Source: Acidimicrobiia bacterium
GTDB taxonomy: Bacteria; Actinomycetota; Acidimicrobiia; Spongiisociales; UBA5794
Direction: 5' to 3'
Assembly: GCA_003235475.1 (NCBI GenBank)
Contig: QJWC01000081.1
Coordinates: 9,343-73,342, forward strand
DNA length: 64,000 nt
Numbering within the stretch: the stretch's first letter is position 1; each line of letters opens with the position of its first letter. Under the pieces are notes generated by a model. That model ran no database searches, had not been told where the DNA came from, and worked only from the letters and a program-made list of their open reading frames with translations. Positions 8,991 to 17,503 of the stretch are shown piece after piece. Position numbers and translations under genes: made by a program.

Positions 8991-10024
8991 CTGTACTGCT
9001 CCAGGATCCGAAGATCCGGGTCGGCGAGGGCACGGAGATCTGTTATGCCGTGGCGGACCATCGCCATGCGCTCTGCGCCCATGCCGAACGCGAAGCCCGT
9101 GTACACATCGGGGTCGTATCCCACCTGTTCGAACACTGCCGGGTTCACCATGCCGCAACCGAGGAGCTCGATCCACTGGCCCTTCGTATAGGCGTGCATC
9201 TCAGCCGAAGGCTCGGTGAACGGGAAGTAATGCGGTATGAACTTGACCTCGGTGTCCCTACCGAAGAACTCTTTGGCGAAGTGCGCGAGGGTGCCCTTGA
9301 GGTCGGCGAATGTGATGGACCCGTCGACGGCGAGACCCTCGATCTGGTGGAACACCGGAAGGTGCGTGGCGTCGATCTCGTCGGCGCGGAACACCTTTCC
9401 AGGGACGACGACGTAAACGGGAGGCTCGTGCGTCTCCATGTACCGCGCCTGCATGGGGGAAGTGTGCGTCCTGAGGAGGACCTCTTCGTCGCCGGTGCCT
9501 TCGCCGTAGTCGAGATACAGCGTGTCGCTCTCGTGCCGCGAAGGGTGCGTCTCCGGGATGTTCAGCGCTGTGAAGTTGTAGAAGCCGGTCTCTGCCTCTG
9601 GACCGTCGGCGACGGTGTATCCCAGGCTGACGAATATGTCGACGATCTCGTCGATCGTCGATTGCACGAGATGCGATGTCCCCCGTCGTACCGGCCTTCC
9701 GGGCAGGGTCACATCGACGCGATCAGCGGCGAGGGCTTCTCGCTCCTCGATCGCAGCGAGCGTGGCTCGCCGGGCGTCGATCGCTGCGCTGACCTCCGTT
9801 GCCAGGTCATTGATGGCCTTCCCCTGATCACGGCGTTCATCTGCGTCCTCGATCGTCCCGAGCCCACGGCGGGCCGCGCCAATCGGCGAGTTCCGGCCGA
9901 CGAGCTCGGCTTCGAGAGCATCGAGTTCCGCGATCGAGGCCACAGCTTCGATGCGCGCGCCCGCGGTCGAGCGGAGGCTTTCAAGGGGTTCCATCGGGTC
10001 TGAGAGGTTAGCGGTTGGCATCAT
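8987..10024 (-). CDS. pheS: Phenylalanine--tRNA ligase alpha subunit
   Basis: 345 aa. Class II motifs present (FRADEIDATHLPVFHQIEG, GFAFGMGAERMAM). Confidence 0.9.
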   Translation of the reverse strand: MMPTANLSDPMEPLESLRSTAGARIEAVASIAELDALEAELVGRNSPIGAARRGLGTIEDADERRDQGKAINDLATEVSAAIDARRATLAAIEEREALAADRVDVTLPGRPVRRGTSHLVQSTIDEIVDIFVSLGYTVADGPEAETGFYNFTALNIPETHPSRHESDTLYLDYGEGTGDEEVLLRTHTSPMQARYMETHEPPVYVVVPGKVFRADEIDATHLPVFHQIEGLAVDGSITFADLKGTLAHFAKEFFGRDTEVKFIPHYFPFTEPSAEMHAYTKGQWIELLGCGMVNPAVFEQVGYDPDVYTGFAFGMGAERMAMVRHGITDLRALADPDLRILEQYR

Positions 10025-10061
10025 CGGTTCGTCTCCACGTCAGGTTGGGAGGACGTCCCGG

Positions 10062-10098
10062 AATACAAAAGACCCGGGACGGTTCCCGGGTCGGTCTT
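10062..10098 (-). terminator. Intrinsic terminator-like hairpin (GACCCGGG-AACCGT-CCCGGGTC followed by TTTTGTATT on minus strand)
   Basis: Perfect 8-bp GC stem plus a U-tract, read on the minus strand. Lies downstream of the TrmH-family gene and only about 40 nt upstream of the pheS start. Confidence 0.6.
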
Positions 10099-10211
10099 TT
10101 CGGCGTCGTATGCGCGTCAGCGTTCCCGGGCGGCTCCGCCCGTAAAGGACACGCTCGTAAATCGTGTGTCGACCATGTCGGCAGCGTATCAGAACTCAGC
10201 GGCGTGACAAG
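10099..10211 (-). promoter_or_regulatory. Putative pheST leader: promoter-like TTGTCA-16nt-TACGCT, leaderless 19-codon leader ORF (MVDTRFTSVSFTGGAARER, 10117..10176) and alternative hairpins ahead of the terminator
   Basis: -35-like element at 10205..10210 and -10-like at 10183..10188 (minus-strand sense). An ATG lies 7 nt downstream with no SD. The short ORF has two TTT Phe codons and ends 5 nt after a GGGCGG/CCGCCC hairpin, whose CCCGGG core can also pair with the terminator 5' arm. Confidence 0.35.
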
Positions 10212-10949
10212 TCACGAAAGGGCATACATGCCGATCGCTGCTGCCGCGGCGGCATTGAAGCTTTCGACGCCGTCCGCCATGGCAATCGTCCACAGGAGTT
10301 CTGCATCGTCGCGGATGGCGGACGGCAGGCCACGTGCCTCCGAGCCGATGATCAACATCGCGGGTGCTCCCGCCAGGTCAACTGCCTCGTCCCCATCGAG
10401 CACCATCGCGACAGAAGTGAGATCGTTCGCAGAGGCGTCAGCGATCGGATCGATCCCCCTCGAGATCGCCGCCCGAAATACGGTACCGGCTGATGCCCTG
10501 ATCGCCTTTGGACTCCAAGGGTCGGCCGTCGACCCATACACCGCAACTGCCCAGCCGAGCGCGGTGGCCGTGCGCACGACCGTGCCAACGTTGCCCGGAT
10601 CCGCAACGTCCACCAACGCCACCGTGTTCGCAAACCCCATGGGTCGAAACGAGGGCGTCTCGATCACCATCACAGGGCCGACCGGGGATTCAACGTCCGA
10701 CATCGCCCGAAGCACGTGGTCGCTCACCGGAGTGAACGCAACGCCAGCGACGCGGCAGTACTCCATCGCACCGTCATCGTCGGGGAGCCCGAACACTGAG
10801 GTGGGCACGAGATGAGAACGACGCAACGCTTCGAGGCCGTTCTCCCCCTCGACCAGCGTCCGCCCCGCGTCCCGCCTCCCTTTGGGCGTGTGGAGGCGCT
10901 TGACGGCCCTCACCTGGTCGTTGGAGGTGGACGTGATCATCGATGCCAT
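10212..10949 (-). CDS. TrmH/SpoU family RNA 2'-O-methyltransferase (TsnR-like)
   Basis: ORF 10212..11057. Likely start MASMITSTSNDQVRAVKRL at 10949. SpoU methylase motifs ALVDVADPGNVGTVVRTATALG, IGSEARGLP, ESFNAAAAAAI. Confidence 0.8.
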   Translation of the reverse strand: MASMITSTSNDQVRAVKRLHTPKGRRDAGRTLVEGENGLEALRRSHLVPTSVFGLPDDDGAMEYCRVAGVAFTPVSDHVLRAMSDVESPVGPVMVIETPSFRPMGFANTVALVDVADPGNVGTVVRTATALGWAVAVYGSTADPWSPKAIRASAGTVFRAAISRGIDPIADASANDLTSVAMVLDGDEAVDLAGAPAMLIIGSEARGLPSAIRDDAELLWTIAMADGVESFNAAAAAAIGMYALS

Positions 10950-11013
10950 CGTACGTGCCGTGAACGAAGAAGAGGGCCCTCGCGGGCCCCCAACCTCGTA
11001 CCGTCGGCCTTGT

Positions 11014-11373
11014 CTACTCGACCGCTGCGCTGTTCGCGACCTCGACGAGCGCCGCAAACGCCTCGGGATCGCTCACCGCCATCTCTGCGAGCATCTTGCG
11101 ATCGACGTCGACGTCGGCCGCCTTGAGACCTGCCATGAACCTTGAGTACGTCGTCCCGTTGACACGCGCCGCGGCGTTGATCCTCTGGATCCACAGACGC
11201 CTGAACTGGCCCTTGCGGGCTCGACGGTGGTCGTACGAGTCCTGCATCGCATGCATGACCTGTTCCCGGCCGGTGCGGTAACGACGGCTCCGAGCCCCGG
11301 TATAACCGGAGGCGCGGTCCATGACCTTCTTGCGCTTCTTCCGTGCGTTCACGGATCGTTTGACGCGAGCCAT
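11014..11373 (-). CDS. rplT: 50S ribosomal protein L20
   Basis: 119 aa. [17 protein letters not shown]...[15 protein letters not shown] is a near-invariant L20 sequence. Confidence 0.95.
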   Translation of the reverse strand: MARVKRSVNARKKRKKVMDRASGYTGARSRRYRTGREQVMHAMQDSYDHRRARKGQFRRLWIQRINAAARVNGTTYSRFMAGLKAADVDVDRKMLAEMAVSDPEAFAALVEVANSAAVE

Positions 11374-11382
11374 GTCGTCCTC

Positions 11383-11577
11383 CTAGTTGTTCAGCATGCG
11401 GTCGACGCGCTTGGCGTCGCCACCACTGAGCGTTCCGGTGCCCTTGACGCGGCGCCAACGCGAGGCGTTCTTCTTGTGACGGTTGTGCCCGCGCCAGGCC
11501 TTCCGGTGTCTGATCTTTCCACTACCTGACCGCTTGAAGCGCTTCGCAGCGCCCTTGTGGGTCTTCATCTTCGGCAC
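11383..11577 (-). CDS. rpmI: 50S ribosomal protein L35
   Basis: 64 aa. MPKMKTHKGAAKRFKRSGSGKIRHRKAW matches L35. Confidence 0.9.
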   Translation of the reverse strand: MPKMKTHKGAAKRFKRSGSGKIRHRKAWRGHNRHKKNASRWRRVKGTGTLSGGDAKRVDRMLNN

Positions 11578-11607
11578 AGCAATCTCCTGTCCGGGCGATG
11601 CGGCGAG

Positions 11608-12192
11608 CTATTCCTCGCTGTCATCACCGTATTCGACGTCCTCGTCTTCGATGAGGTCGTCGTCAATGTCGTCTCCGACAGGCATGTCCTTGGACGGAAC
11701 GAGGACCATGGTCATGTTCCGTCCCTCGAGTTTCGGCGTCGCCTCCATCACGGCATACGGCTCGACTTCGTCGAACAGCCGATCGAGGATCGCCCTTCCG
11801 AGTTCCGGGTGGGCAACCTCACGGCCCCTGAAGCGCATCGAGCACTTGACCTTGTCACCGGCCCGAAGGAACTTGATGACCCGCTTCTTCTTGACATCGA
11901 AGTCGCTCTTCCCGATCTTGGGACGGAACTGCACTTCCTTGATGACCGTGCGGATCTGGTTCTTTCGCGCCTCTCTGGCCTTGACGGACTGGTCGTACTT
12001 GTACTTCCCGTAATCCATCATTCGCACGACGGGCGGTCGTGCATCTGGGGCGACCTCTACGAGGTCCAATCCGAGCTGTGCGGCAAGCCATCGCGCTTCG
12101 TCGATGTCCTTCTCGCCGATCTGCGCACCGTCCGGTGCGATCAGGCGAACGCGCTTGACTCGGATTCGTTCGTTTACCCGTGGCTCCGCGAT
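11608..12192 (-). CDS. infC: Translation initiation factor IF-3, apparently initiating at a non-AUG ATC codon
   Basis: ORF 11608..12351. The conserved IF-3 N-terminus (EPRVNERIRVKRVRLIAPDGAQIG) begins right after Ile codon ATC at 12190..12192. That codon sits 7 nt downstream of a GGAGG SD (12199..12203, minus sense). Has an acidic C-terminal tail. Confidence 0.8.
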   Translation of the reverse strand: MAEPRVNERIRVKRVRLIAPDGAQIGEKDIDEARWLAAQLGLDLVEVAPDARPPVVRMMDYGKYKYDQSVKAREARKNQIRTVIKEVQFRPKIGKSDFDVKKKRVIKFLRAGDKVKCSMRFRGREVAHPELGRAILDRLFDEVEPYAVMEATPKLEGRNMTMVLVPSKDMPVGDDIDDDLIEDEDVEYGDDSEE

Positions 12193-12384
12193 GGGAGTAC
12201 CTCCTGGTTCGTGGACTGCTCTCGGATGTGCGCCCACCGCGACGAATGGCGACGTGTCGCCACCAGGAGTCGTAACCCGCCGCATCTTGGAGCGATGGAC
12301 AGGTGGGAAGCGGGCGCCTCCTCTTTCCTTATCGAGGGATGAGGGTACCACGGTGCATCGGTGATTGGCACAGTCGGAACGTGT

Positions 12385-12849
12385 CTATTCGAGAGCCTGG
12401 AGCGCCCTCGCGGCCATCACCGCGGCGATTGCCGCCTCGCGACCCTTGTTCTCCGGCCCCGGCTTGGACCGCACGATCGCATCTTCGACGTTCCGCACCG
12501 TGAGGATGCCGAAGGCAACGGGAACGCCGGTGTCGAGCTGCACGCGCATGAGTCCCTCGGACGCGCGATGTGCAACGTGTTCGTAGTGGTCCGTATCTCC
12601 CTCGATCACGGCACCCAGGCAAACGACGGCGTCGTAGCCCTGCCCAGCAAGCCGTTGCGCGAGGAGCGGAAGCTCGAAAGCGCCGGGTGCTTCCACGACG
12701 AGCACTTCCTCGGCGTTTGCCTCCTCGAGGTAGTCACGGGCTCCATCCATGAGGCCGCTGGTGATCGGCGAGTTGAAGATCGCTGTCACGATGGCGATGC
12801 GAAGCCCGTCGGCGCTGAGATCGCGTGGATCGGCGGGGTCGACGCGCAT
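12385..12849 (-). CDS. ribH: 6,7-dimethyl-8-ribityllumazine synthase
   Basis: ORF 12385..12936. Start MRVDPADP... at 12847..12849 shares 1 nt with the ribBA stop (TGATG). Motifs RIAIVTAIFN, AFELPLLAQRLA, GAVIEGDTDHYEHVA. Confidence 0.85.
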   Translation of the reverse strand: MRVDPADPRDLSADGLRIAIVTAIFNSPITSGLMDGARDYLEEANAEEVLVVEAPGAFELPLLAQRLAGQGYDAVVCLGAVIEGDTDHYEHVAHRASEGLMRVQLDTGVPVAFGILTVRNVEDAIVRSKPGPENKGREAAIAAVMAARALQALE

Positions 12850-14060
12850 CAGCTGCCCACCTGCGAGGCGATGTGGCCCATCTTCGTCTCCTTGGTACGC
12901 AGGTACTGCGCGTTCTGCGGTGTTGCACCGACCCACAGCGGCACACGGTCGTCCACCTTGATGCCATATCGCTCGAGCTGGGCGATCTTGTCGGGATTGT
13001 TGGTCATCAGCCGCACGCTCTCGACGCCGAGGTCGTGAAGGATCTGGGCGTCGACGCCCCAGTGACGCTTGTCGTTCGCATGGCCGATCTGGCGATTCGC
13101 CTCGACAGTGTCGAGGCCCTGCTCCTGGAGGCTGTACGCAGCGATCTTGTCGAGGATGCCGATACCCCGGCCCTCGTGCGAGGTGTTGTACACGATGACG
13201 CCCCGCCCTTCGTCAGCAATGCGCCTCATCGCCTCGTCGAGTTGGGCCCCGCAATCGCAGCGGATCGACCCGAACGCGTCTCCTGTGAGGCAGACGCTGT
13301 GCACCCGCGCGAGCGCGCCTGTCGCACCATCGAGGTCGCCCTTCGTCAAAGCGACATGTGCCGTTCCGTCGGTTTCGTTCCGATAGCCGACGATGCGGAA
13401 CTCGCCGTGGTTCGTCGGAAGCGTCGCCTCCGACACCCGCTGGACGAACTGCTCCGTCCGCCAGCGATGCGCCACGAGATCCCCGATGGTGATCATCGGG
13501 ATCCCGTGTTCCGTGGAGAAGGCCTCCAGCGCATCCCCTCTGGCCATGGAACCGTCGTCGTTGACGATCTCACAGAGCGCTCCAGCGGGTGTGAGCCCTG
13601 CGAGCACCGCGAGGTCAACTGCCGCCTCTGTATGGCCGGGGCGGATGAGGACGCCCCCATCGTGGTACCTCAACGGGAAGATGTGTCCCGGCCTGCGCAG
13701 GTCGGCTGCACGCGTCTGCTTGTCAACGAGCACCTGGATCGTGTGCGCGCGGTCAGCTGCAGAAATCCCCGTCGTCACATTGCTCACCGCGTCCACCGAG
13801 ATGGTGAACGCTGTGCCGAAAGCGTCGGTGTTGTCGACCACCATCATCGGGATATCGAGCTCGTCGAGGCGTTCGCCGGTCATGGCGAGACAGATGAGAC
13901 CCGACGTGTGACGCACCATGAAGGCGATCTTCTCTGGCGTGACCGCTTCGGCTGCGATGATGAGGTCCCCCTCGTTCTCCCTTGCCTCATCGTCAGCGAC
14001 GATGACGAAGTCACCGTTTGCGAAGGCTTCAAGAGCTGATTGGAAGTCGCCGCTGGTCAT
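12849..14060 (-). CDS. ribBA: Bifunctional 3,4-dihydroxy-2-butanone-4-phosphate synthase / GTP cyclohydrolase II
   Basis: 403 aa. N-terminal DHBP synthase (GDFVIVADDEARENEGDLI). C-terminal GCH-II with Zn Cys cluster (RVHSVCLTGDAFGSIRCDCG). Confidence 0.9.
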   Translation of the reverse strand: MTSGDFQSALEAFANGDFVIVADDEARENEGDLIIAAEAVTPEKIAFMVRHTSGLICLAMTGERLDELDIPMMVVDNTDAFGTAFTISVDAVSNVTTGISAADRAHTIQVLVDKQTRAADLRRPGHIFPLRYHDGGVLIRPGHTEAAVDLAVLAGLTPAGALCEIVNDDGSMARGDALEAFSTEHGIPMITIGDLVAHRWRTEQFVQRVSEATLPTNHGEFRIVGYRNETDGTAHVALTKGDLDGATGALARVHSVCLTGDAFGSIRCDCGAQLDEAMRRIADEGRGVIVYNTSHEGRGIGILDKIAAYSLQEQGLDTVEANRQIGHANDKRHWGVDAQILHDLGVESVRLMTNNPDKIAQLERYGIKVDDRVPLWVGATPQNAQYLRTKETKMGHIASQVGS

Positions 14061-14665
14061 CCGCGACCTCCGATCATTCTCTCCACGTACTTCGCGATCG
14101 GGTCGATCTCGAGGTTGACGTACGACCCGACGTCGACCTTCCCCAACGAGGTCACATCGAGGGTGTGGGGAATGACGGCGACCTCGAACCAGCCCGCGCT
14201 CACGTCCCGACCCGACAGCGCGGTGACCGTGAGGCTCACGCCGTCCACGGTGATCGACCCCTTCTCGACCACGAAGCGTGAAAGATCGTCCGGAAGGGTG
14301 AAACGGAGTCGTACCGAGCCTTCGTCGGGCGTCACCGCGGTGACCTCTGCAACGGCGTCGACGTGGCCCTGGACGATGTGGCCGTCGAGCCTCCCATCGG
14401 CCTTCAGCGGTCGCTCGAGGTTGACGAGATCCCCGACGTCGAGCGTCCCGAGTGTGGTCCGCATCATCGTCTCAGGTATCGCCTCCACCGCGAATCGGTC
14501 AGACGACACGTCGACAGCGGTGAGACACGCACCGTTCACCGCGACCGAGTCCCCGACGTCGAGCGTGGCTGTGGTGGCCGGAGCGAGGATCTCGAGCCTC
14601 ACAACGCCGTCCGCAGCCGTCAGGGCCTCGACCCTTCCCCGGTCGGTCACGATGCCGGTGAACAT
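14057..14665 (-). CDS. ribE: Riboflavin synthase alpha subunit
   Basis: 202 aa. MFTGIVTDRGRV and duplicated lumazine-binding repeats. 4-nt overlap with ribBA. Confidence 0.9.
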   Translation of the reverse strand: MFTGIVTDRGRVEALTAADGVVRLEILAPATTATLDVGDSVAVNGACLTAVDVSSDRFAVEAIPETMMRTTLGTLDVGDLVNLERPLKADGRLDGHIVQGHVDAVAEVTAVTPDEGSVRLRFTLPDDLSRFVVEKGSITVDGVSLTVTALSGRDVSAGWFEVAVIPHTLDVTSLGKVDVGSYVNLEIDPIAKYVERMIGGRG

Positions 14666-14667
14666 CG

Positions 14668-15702
14668 CTACCGCTCCCCCACGGTCGCGGTGATCCGCAG
14701 GTCGTTCCCGAGTCGCTCGACATCCTCGATGCTGATCCGTATCGCGCTGCCGATCGTGTCGAACACGCCCGCTACGGCCGGGTATCCGGTGCCTCCTGCA
14801 AGTTTGCCTCCGACATACCAGACCAGGCGATCGACGGCTTTCGCGTCAACGAACGCACGGGCAATCGTCGGGCCCGCCTCGACAAGCACCGACAGGACCC
14901 CATGCCGCGGGAGATCCGTGAGCACGTCCTCGACATCGGGAACAGAGGACGAGTGGTAGACGATCGGATCGCGTTCGAGGATGCGAGCCTCCTTCGGCAG
15001 CTCACGGCGCCCTGCCAGCACGACCGGTCTCGGCTGCGGCCCTCGGTATCCATCCAAGCGAACAGTGAGTTCAGGGTCGTCTGCGATCACCGTGCCAGAG
15101 CCGACAAGGACCGCATCGTGCGCCGCTCGGAGGCGGTGGACATCCTCCCTTGCCTCCTCCCCTGTGATCCAGCGCGAGGTCCCGTCGGCGGCAGCCGTCT
15201 GGCCATCGAGCGTGGACGCGACCTTCAGGGTCACCAGGGCCCGACCCGTCCTGCGGTGGTGGAAGTACGACGGATCGTTTGCCTCGACCTCATCGGCGAG
15301 GTGCCCGACGCTGACCGATACCCCGGCTTCCTTCAAACGATCGATGCCTCGGCCCGACACCCGAGCGTCTGGATCGGTGACACCGACGATGACGTTGCGG
15401 ATGCCCGCGGCGATGATCGCCTCCGTACACGGGGGCGTGCTTCCGACGTGGTTGCATGGTTCGAGCGTGACCACCATCGTGTGGTCGTGATACGTGTCGC
15501 CACCGATGGCGAGCGGTTCGGCGTGCGGCTCGCCCTTCCGAGCGTGGGCGCCGATCGACACGACGTTGCCAGAGGCATCGAGGATGACCGCACCGACACG
15601 CGGATTCGGATGCGGGTATGTGCCAGCCGTCGCGGCAATGGCACGCCGCATCGCGTCATCCACGTCGATGCGGTCGAGCACGTTGTCGACCGCGTGACGC
15701 AT
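14668..15702 (-). CDS. ribD: Riboflavin biosynthesis deaminase/reductase RibD
   Basis: 344 aa. CMP/dCMP deaminase zinc motifs HAEPLAI...PCNHVGSTPPC plus a C-terminal reductase domain. First gene after the FMN riboswitch. Confidence 0.9.
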   Translation of the reverse strand: MRHAVDNVLDRIDVDDAMRRAIAATAGTYPHPNPRVGAVILDASGNVVSIGAHARKGEPHAEPLAIGGDTYHDHTMVVTLEPCNHVGSTPPCTEAIIAAGIRNVIVGVTDPDARVSGRGIDRLKEAGVSVSVGHLADEVEANDPSYFHHRRTGRALVTLKVASTLDGQTAAADGTSRWITGEEAREDVHRLRAAHDAVLVGSGTVIADDPELTVRLDGYRGPQPRPVVLAGRRELPKEARILERDPIVYHSSSVPDVEDVLTDLPRHGVLSVLVEAGPTIARAFVDAKAVDRLVWYVGGKLAGGTGYPAVAGVFDTIGSAIRISIEDVERLGNDLRITATVGER

Positions 15703-15706
15703 TCGC

Positions 15707-15832
15707 GTCCCCTTTCTCCCATCCGGACTGTCACCGTCGGCACCGGGATATCACCGGTTCAGCCCCGTTCGCACGGGGGTCGCGGGCTTTCACCGCCGGT
15801 CGGGAATTACACCCTGCCCTGAAAGAGGTATG
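15707..15832 (-). promoter_or_regulatory. FMN riboswitch (RFN element) upstream of ribD
   Basis: Minus-strand RNA reads UCUUUCAGGGCAGGGUGUAAUUCCCGACCGGCGGUGAAAGCCCGCGACC...GGCUGAACCGGUGAUAUCCCGGUGCCGACGGUGACAGUCCGGAUGGGAGAAAGGGG, matching the RFN consensus blocks. The ribD ATG lies 6 nt after the 3' P1 arm. Confidence 0.85.
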
Positions 15833-15861
15833 GGAGGGATGCTAGGGCACGGGAGCGGGCT

Positions 15862-16788
15862 TCAGCCCCGTCGGTCCACCTGGTAGTTGGTGCCAGGGGT
15901 TCGCTTCGCGACTTCCTTCATCTCGGAGGCCACCGAGGACGCCTCCCACTCGGATGACAGCTTGCGCTTCTGCGATGACACCACGCCCATCGAAAGGGAG
16001 CAGATCGGGAACGCGTGCCGCTCTCCTCTTCGATCCGTCACCTCGATGTACCCCTGGAGGGCATCGGCCGTGTCATAGAAATCGAGGATCCCGTCGTCGA
16101 ACCTCGACACGACGTCCTGACAGAACGCCTCCATGTTGTCTGCCGAGACGATTGCGACGTAGTCGTCCCCCCCGACGTGGCCGACGAAGCCGTAGGGATC
16201 CTGCGCTCTCTCAGCGGCGTCGAGGAGCACCTTGGCCGTGAACTTGATCACGCTGTCGCCGCGCAAGAAGCCGTAGTGGTCGTTGAAGGCCTTGAAGTTG
16301 TCGAGGTCAGCGTGGATCACCGCGATGTCGCTCCCTTCGGCAATGCACTCCTCGAGCTTCGCCGTGATCCTGAAGTTGCCCGGGAGACCCGTGAGCGGCG
16401 AGAGGTCGCGCATCTGCTGCGAGCGGCGCAGGACCGTTCGAACCCTCGCAATCAGCTCCTCGAGATCGAAGGGTTTGGTGATGTAGTCGTCAGCACCCAG
16501 ATCGAGGCCCTTCACACGATCCTCGGCCAGGCTTCTCGCCGTGAGGACGATGACAGGTATCGAAGACGTCGACGGGTCGTTCCGAAGGCGACGGAGCACG
16601 GTGAGGCCGTCGATTTCCGGCATCATGATGTCGAGGAGCATCAGGTCCGGGGGCGTTGCCGCCGCCTGCTCCAGCGCCTGCTTGCCGCCGCCTGCCAGGT
16701 CGACCTCGAAGCCATCGAGCTCGAGGTTGAGGCGTACGAACTGAAGAATGTCCGGATCGTCGTCGACGACGAGTATGCGTTCGCTCAT
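15862..16788 (-). CDS. Response regulator with receiver domain and GGDEF domain; signature reads GGDDY
   Basis: 308 aa. REC domain (VVDDDPDILQF...DLMLLDIMMPEIDG...ITKPFD) then a GGDEF fold (IHADLDNFKAFNDHYGFLRGDSVIKF...GHVGGDDYVAIV). 4-nt overlap with upstream rpe. Confidence 0.85.
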   Translation of the reverse strand: MSERILVVDDDPDILQFVRLNLELDGFEVDLAGGGKQALEQAAATPPDLMLLDIMMPEIDGLTVLRRLRNDPSTSSIPVIVLTARSLAEDRVKGLDLGADDYITKPFDLEELIARVRTVLRRSQQMRDLSPLTGLPGNFRITAKLEECIAEGSDIAVIHADLDNFKAFNDHYGFLRGDSVIKFTAKVLLDAAERAQDPYGFVGHVGGDDYVAIVSADNMEAFCQDVVSRFDDGILDFYDTADALQGYIEVTDRRGERHAFPICSLSMGVVSSQKRKLSSEWEASSVASEMKEVAKRTPGTNYQVDRRG

Positions 16789-17459
16789 TGGGTGCTTCCG
16801 TGGTCCATCGTGCTCCGCAACTCCCCTATTGCTGTGACGGGATCCGCGGCTCCGAAGATCGCGGTCCCTGCCACGAGAATGTCGGCACCTGCCGATCGTG
16901 CGGCCGCGACGGTTCGAAGGTCGACCCCGCCGTCGACCTGTATATCGGCCGACAGCGCCGCAGAATCAATCGATTCTCTCAGTGCTGCGATCTTGTCGAC
17001 CGCGCCCTCGATGAACGACTGCCCGCCGAAACCTGGCTGAACGCTCATCACGAGCACCAAGTCGACCCGGTCGAGGTACGGCGTGACGGCCTCGACAGGG
17101 GTGGATGGGTTGAGTGCGATTCCTTTCGTCAGCCCCAACCTCTCGGCCTCGCGCAGGAACGGGTCCGGACTCGGGACAGCCTCGATGTGGGCCGTCACAC
17201 CGTCCGCTCCCGCGCTCTTCAGGGATTCGAGGTAGCGCACAGGGTCCGTGATCATCAGGTGGCAATCGAGATGCAGGGACGTCGAAGCCCGCAGCGAGGC
17301 GATCACTGGCGGGCCGAGGCTGATGTTGGGCACGAAATGCCCGTCCATCACGTCGACGTGGAGGGAGTCGACCTCCGTCTCGATAAGGGCGACCGCCTCC
17401 CCGAGTGAGGCGAAGTCAGCTGCAAGAATGGATGGGGCGATTCGCGCCGCGGCTCTCAT
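16785..17459 (-). CDS. rpe: Ribulose-phosphate 3-epimerase
   Basis: 224 aa. IAPSILAADF, HVDVMDGHFVPN, GADILVAGTAIF. Confidence 0.9.
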   Translation of the reverse strand: MRAAARIAPSILAADFASLGEAVALIETEVDSLHVDVMDGHFVPNISLGPPVIASLRASTSLHLDCHLMITDPVRYLESLKSAGADGVTAHIEAVPSPDPFLREAERLGLTKGIALNPSTPVEAVTPYLDRVDLVLVMSVQPGFGGQSFIEGAVDKIAALRESIDSAALSADIQVDGGVDLRTVAAARSAGADILVAGTAIFGAADPVTAIGELRSTMDHGSTQ

Positions 17460-17503
17460 CGGCAGCGAGTGTACGACCCCAACGGGGACCAGAGGAGGAA
17501 CGA

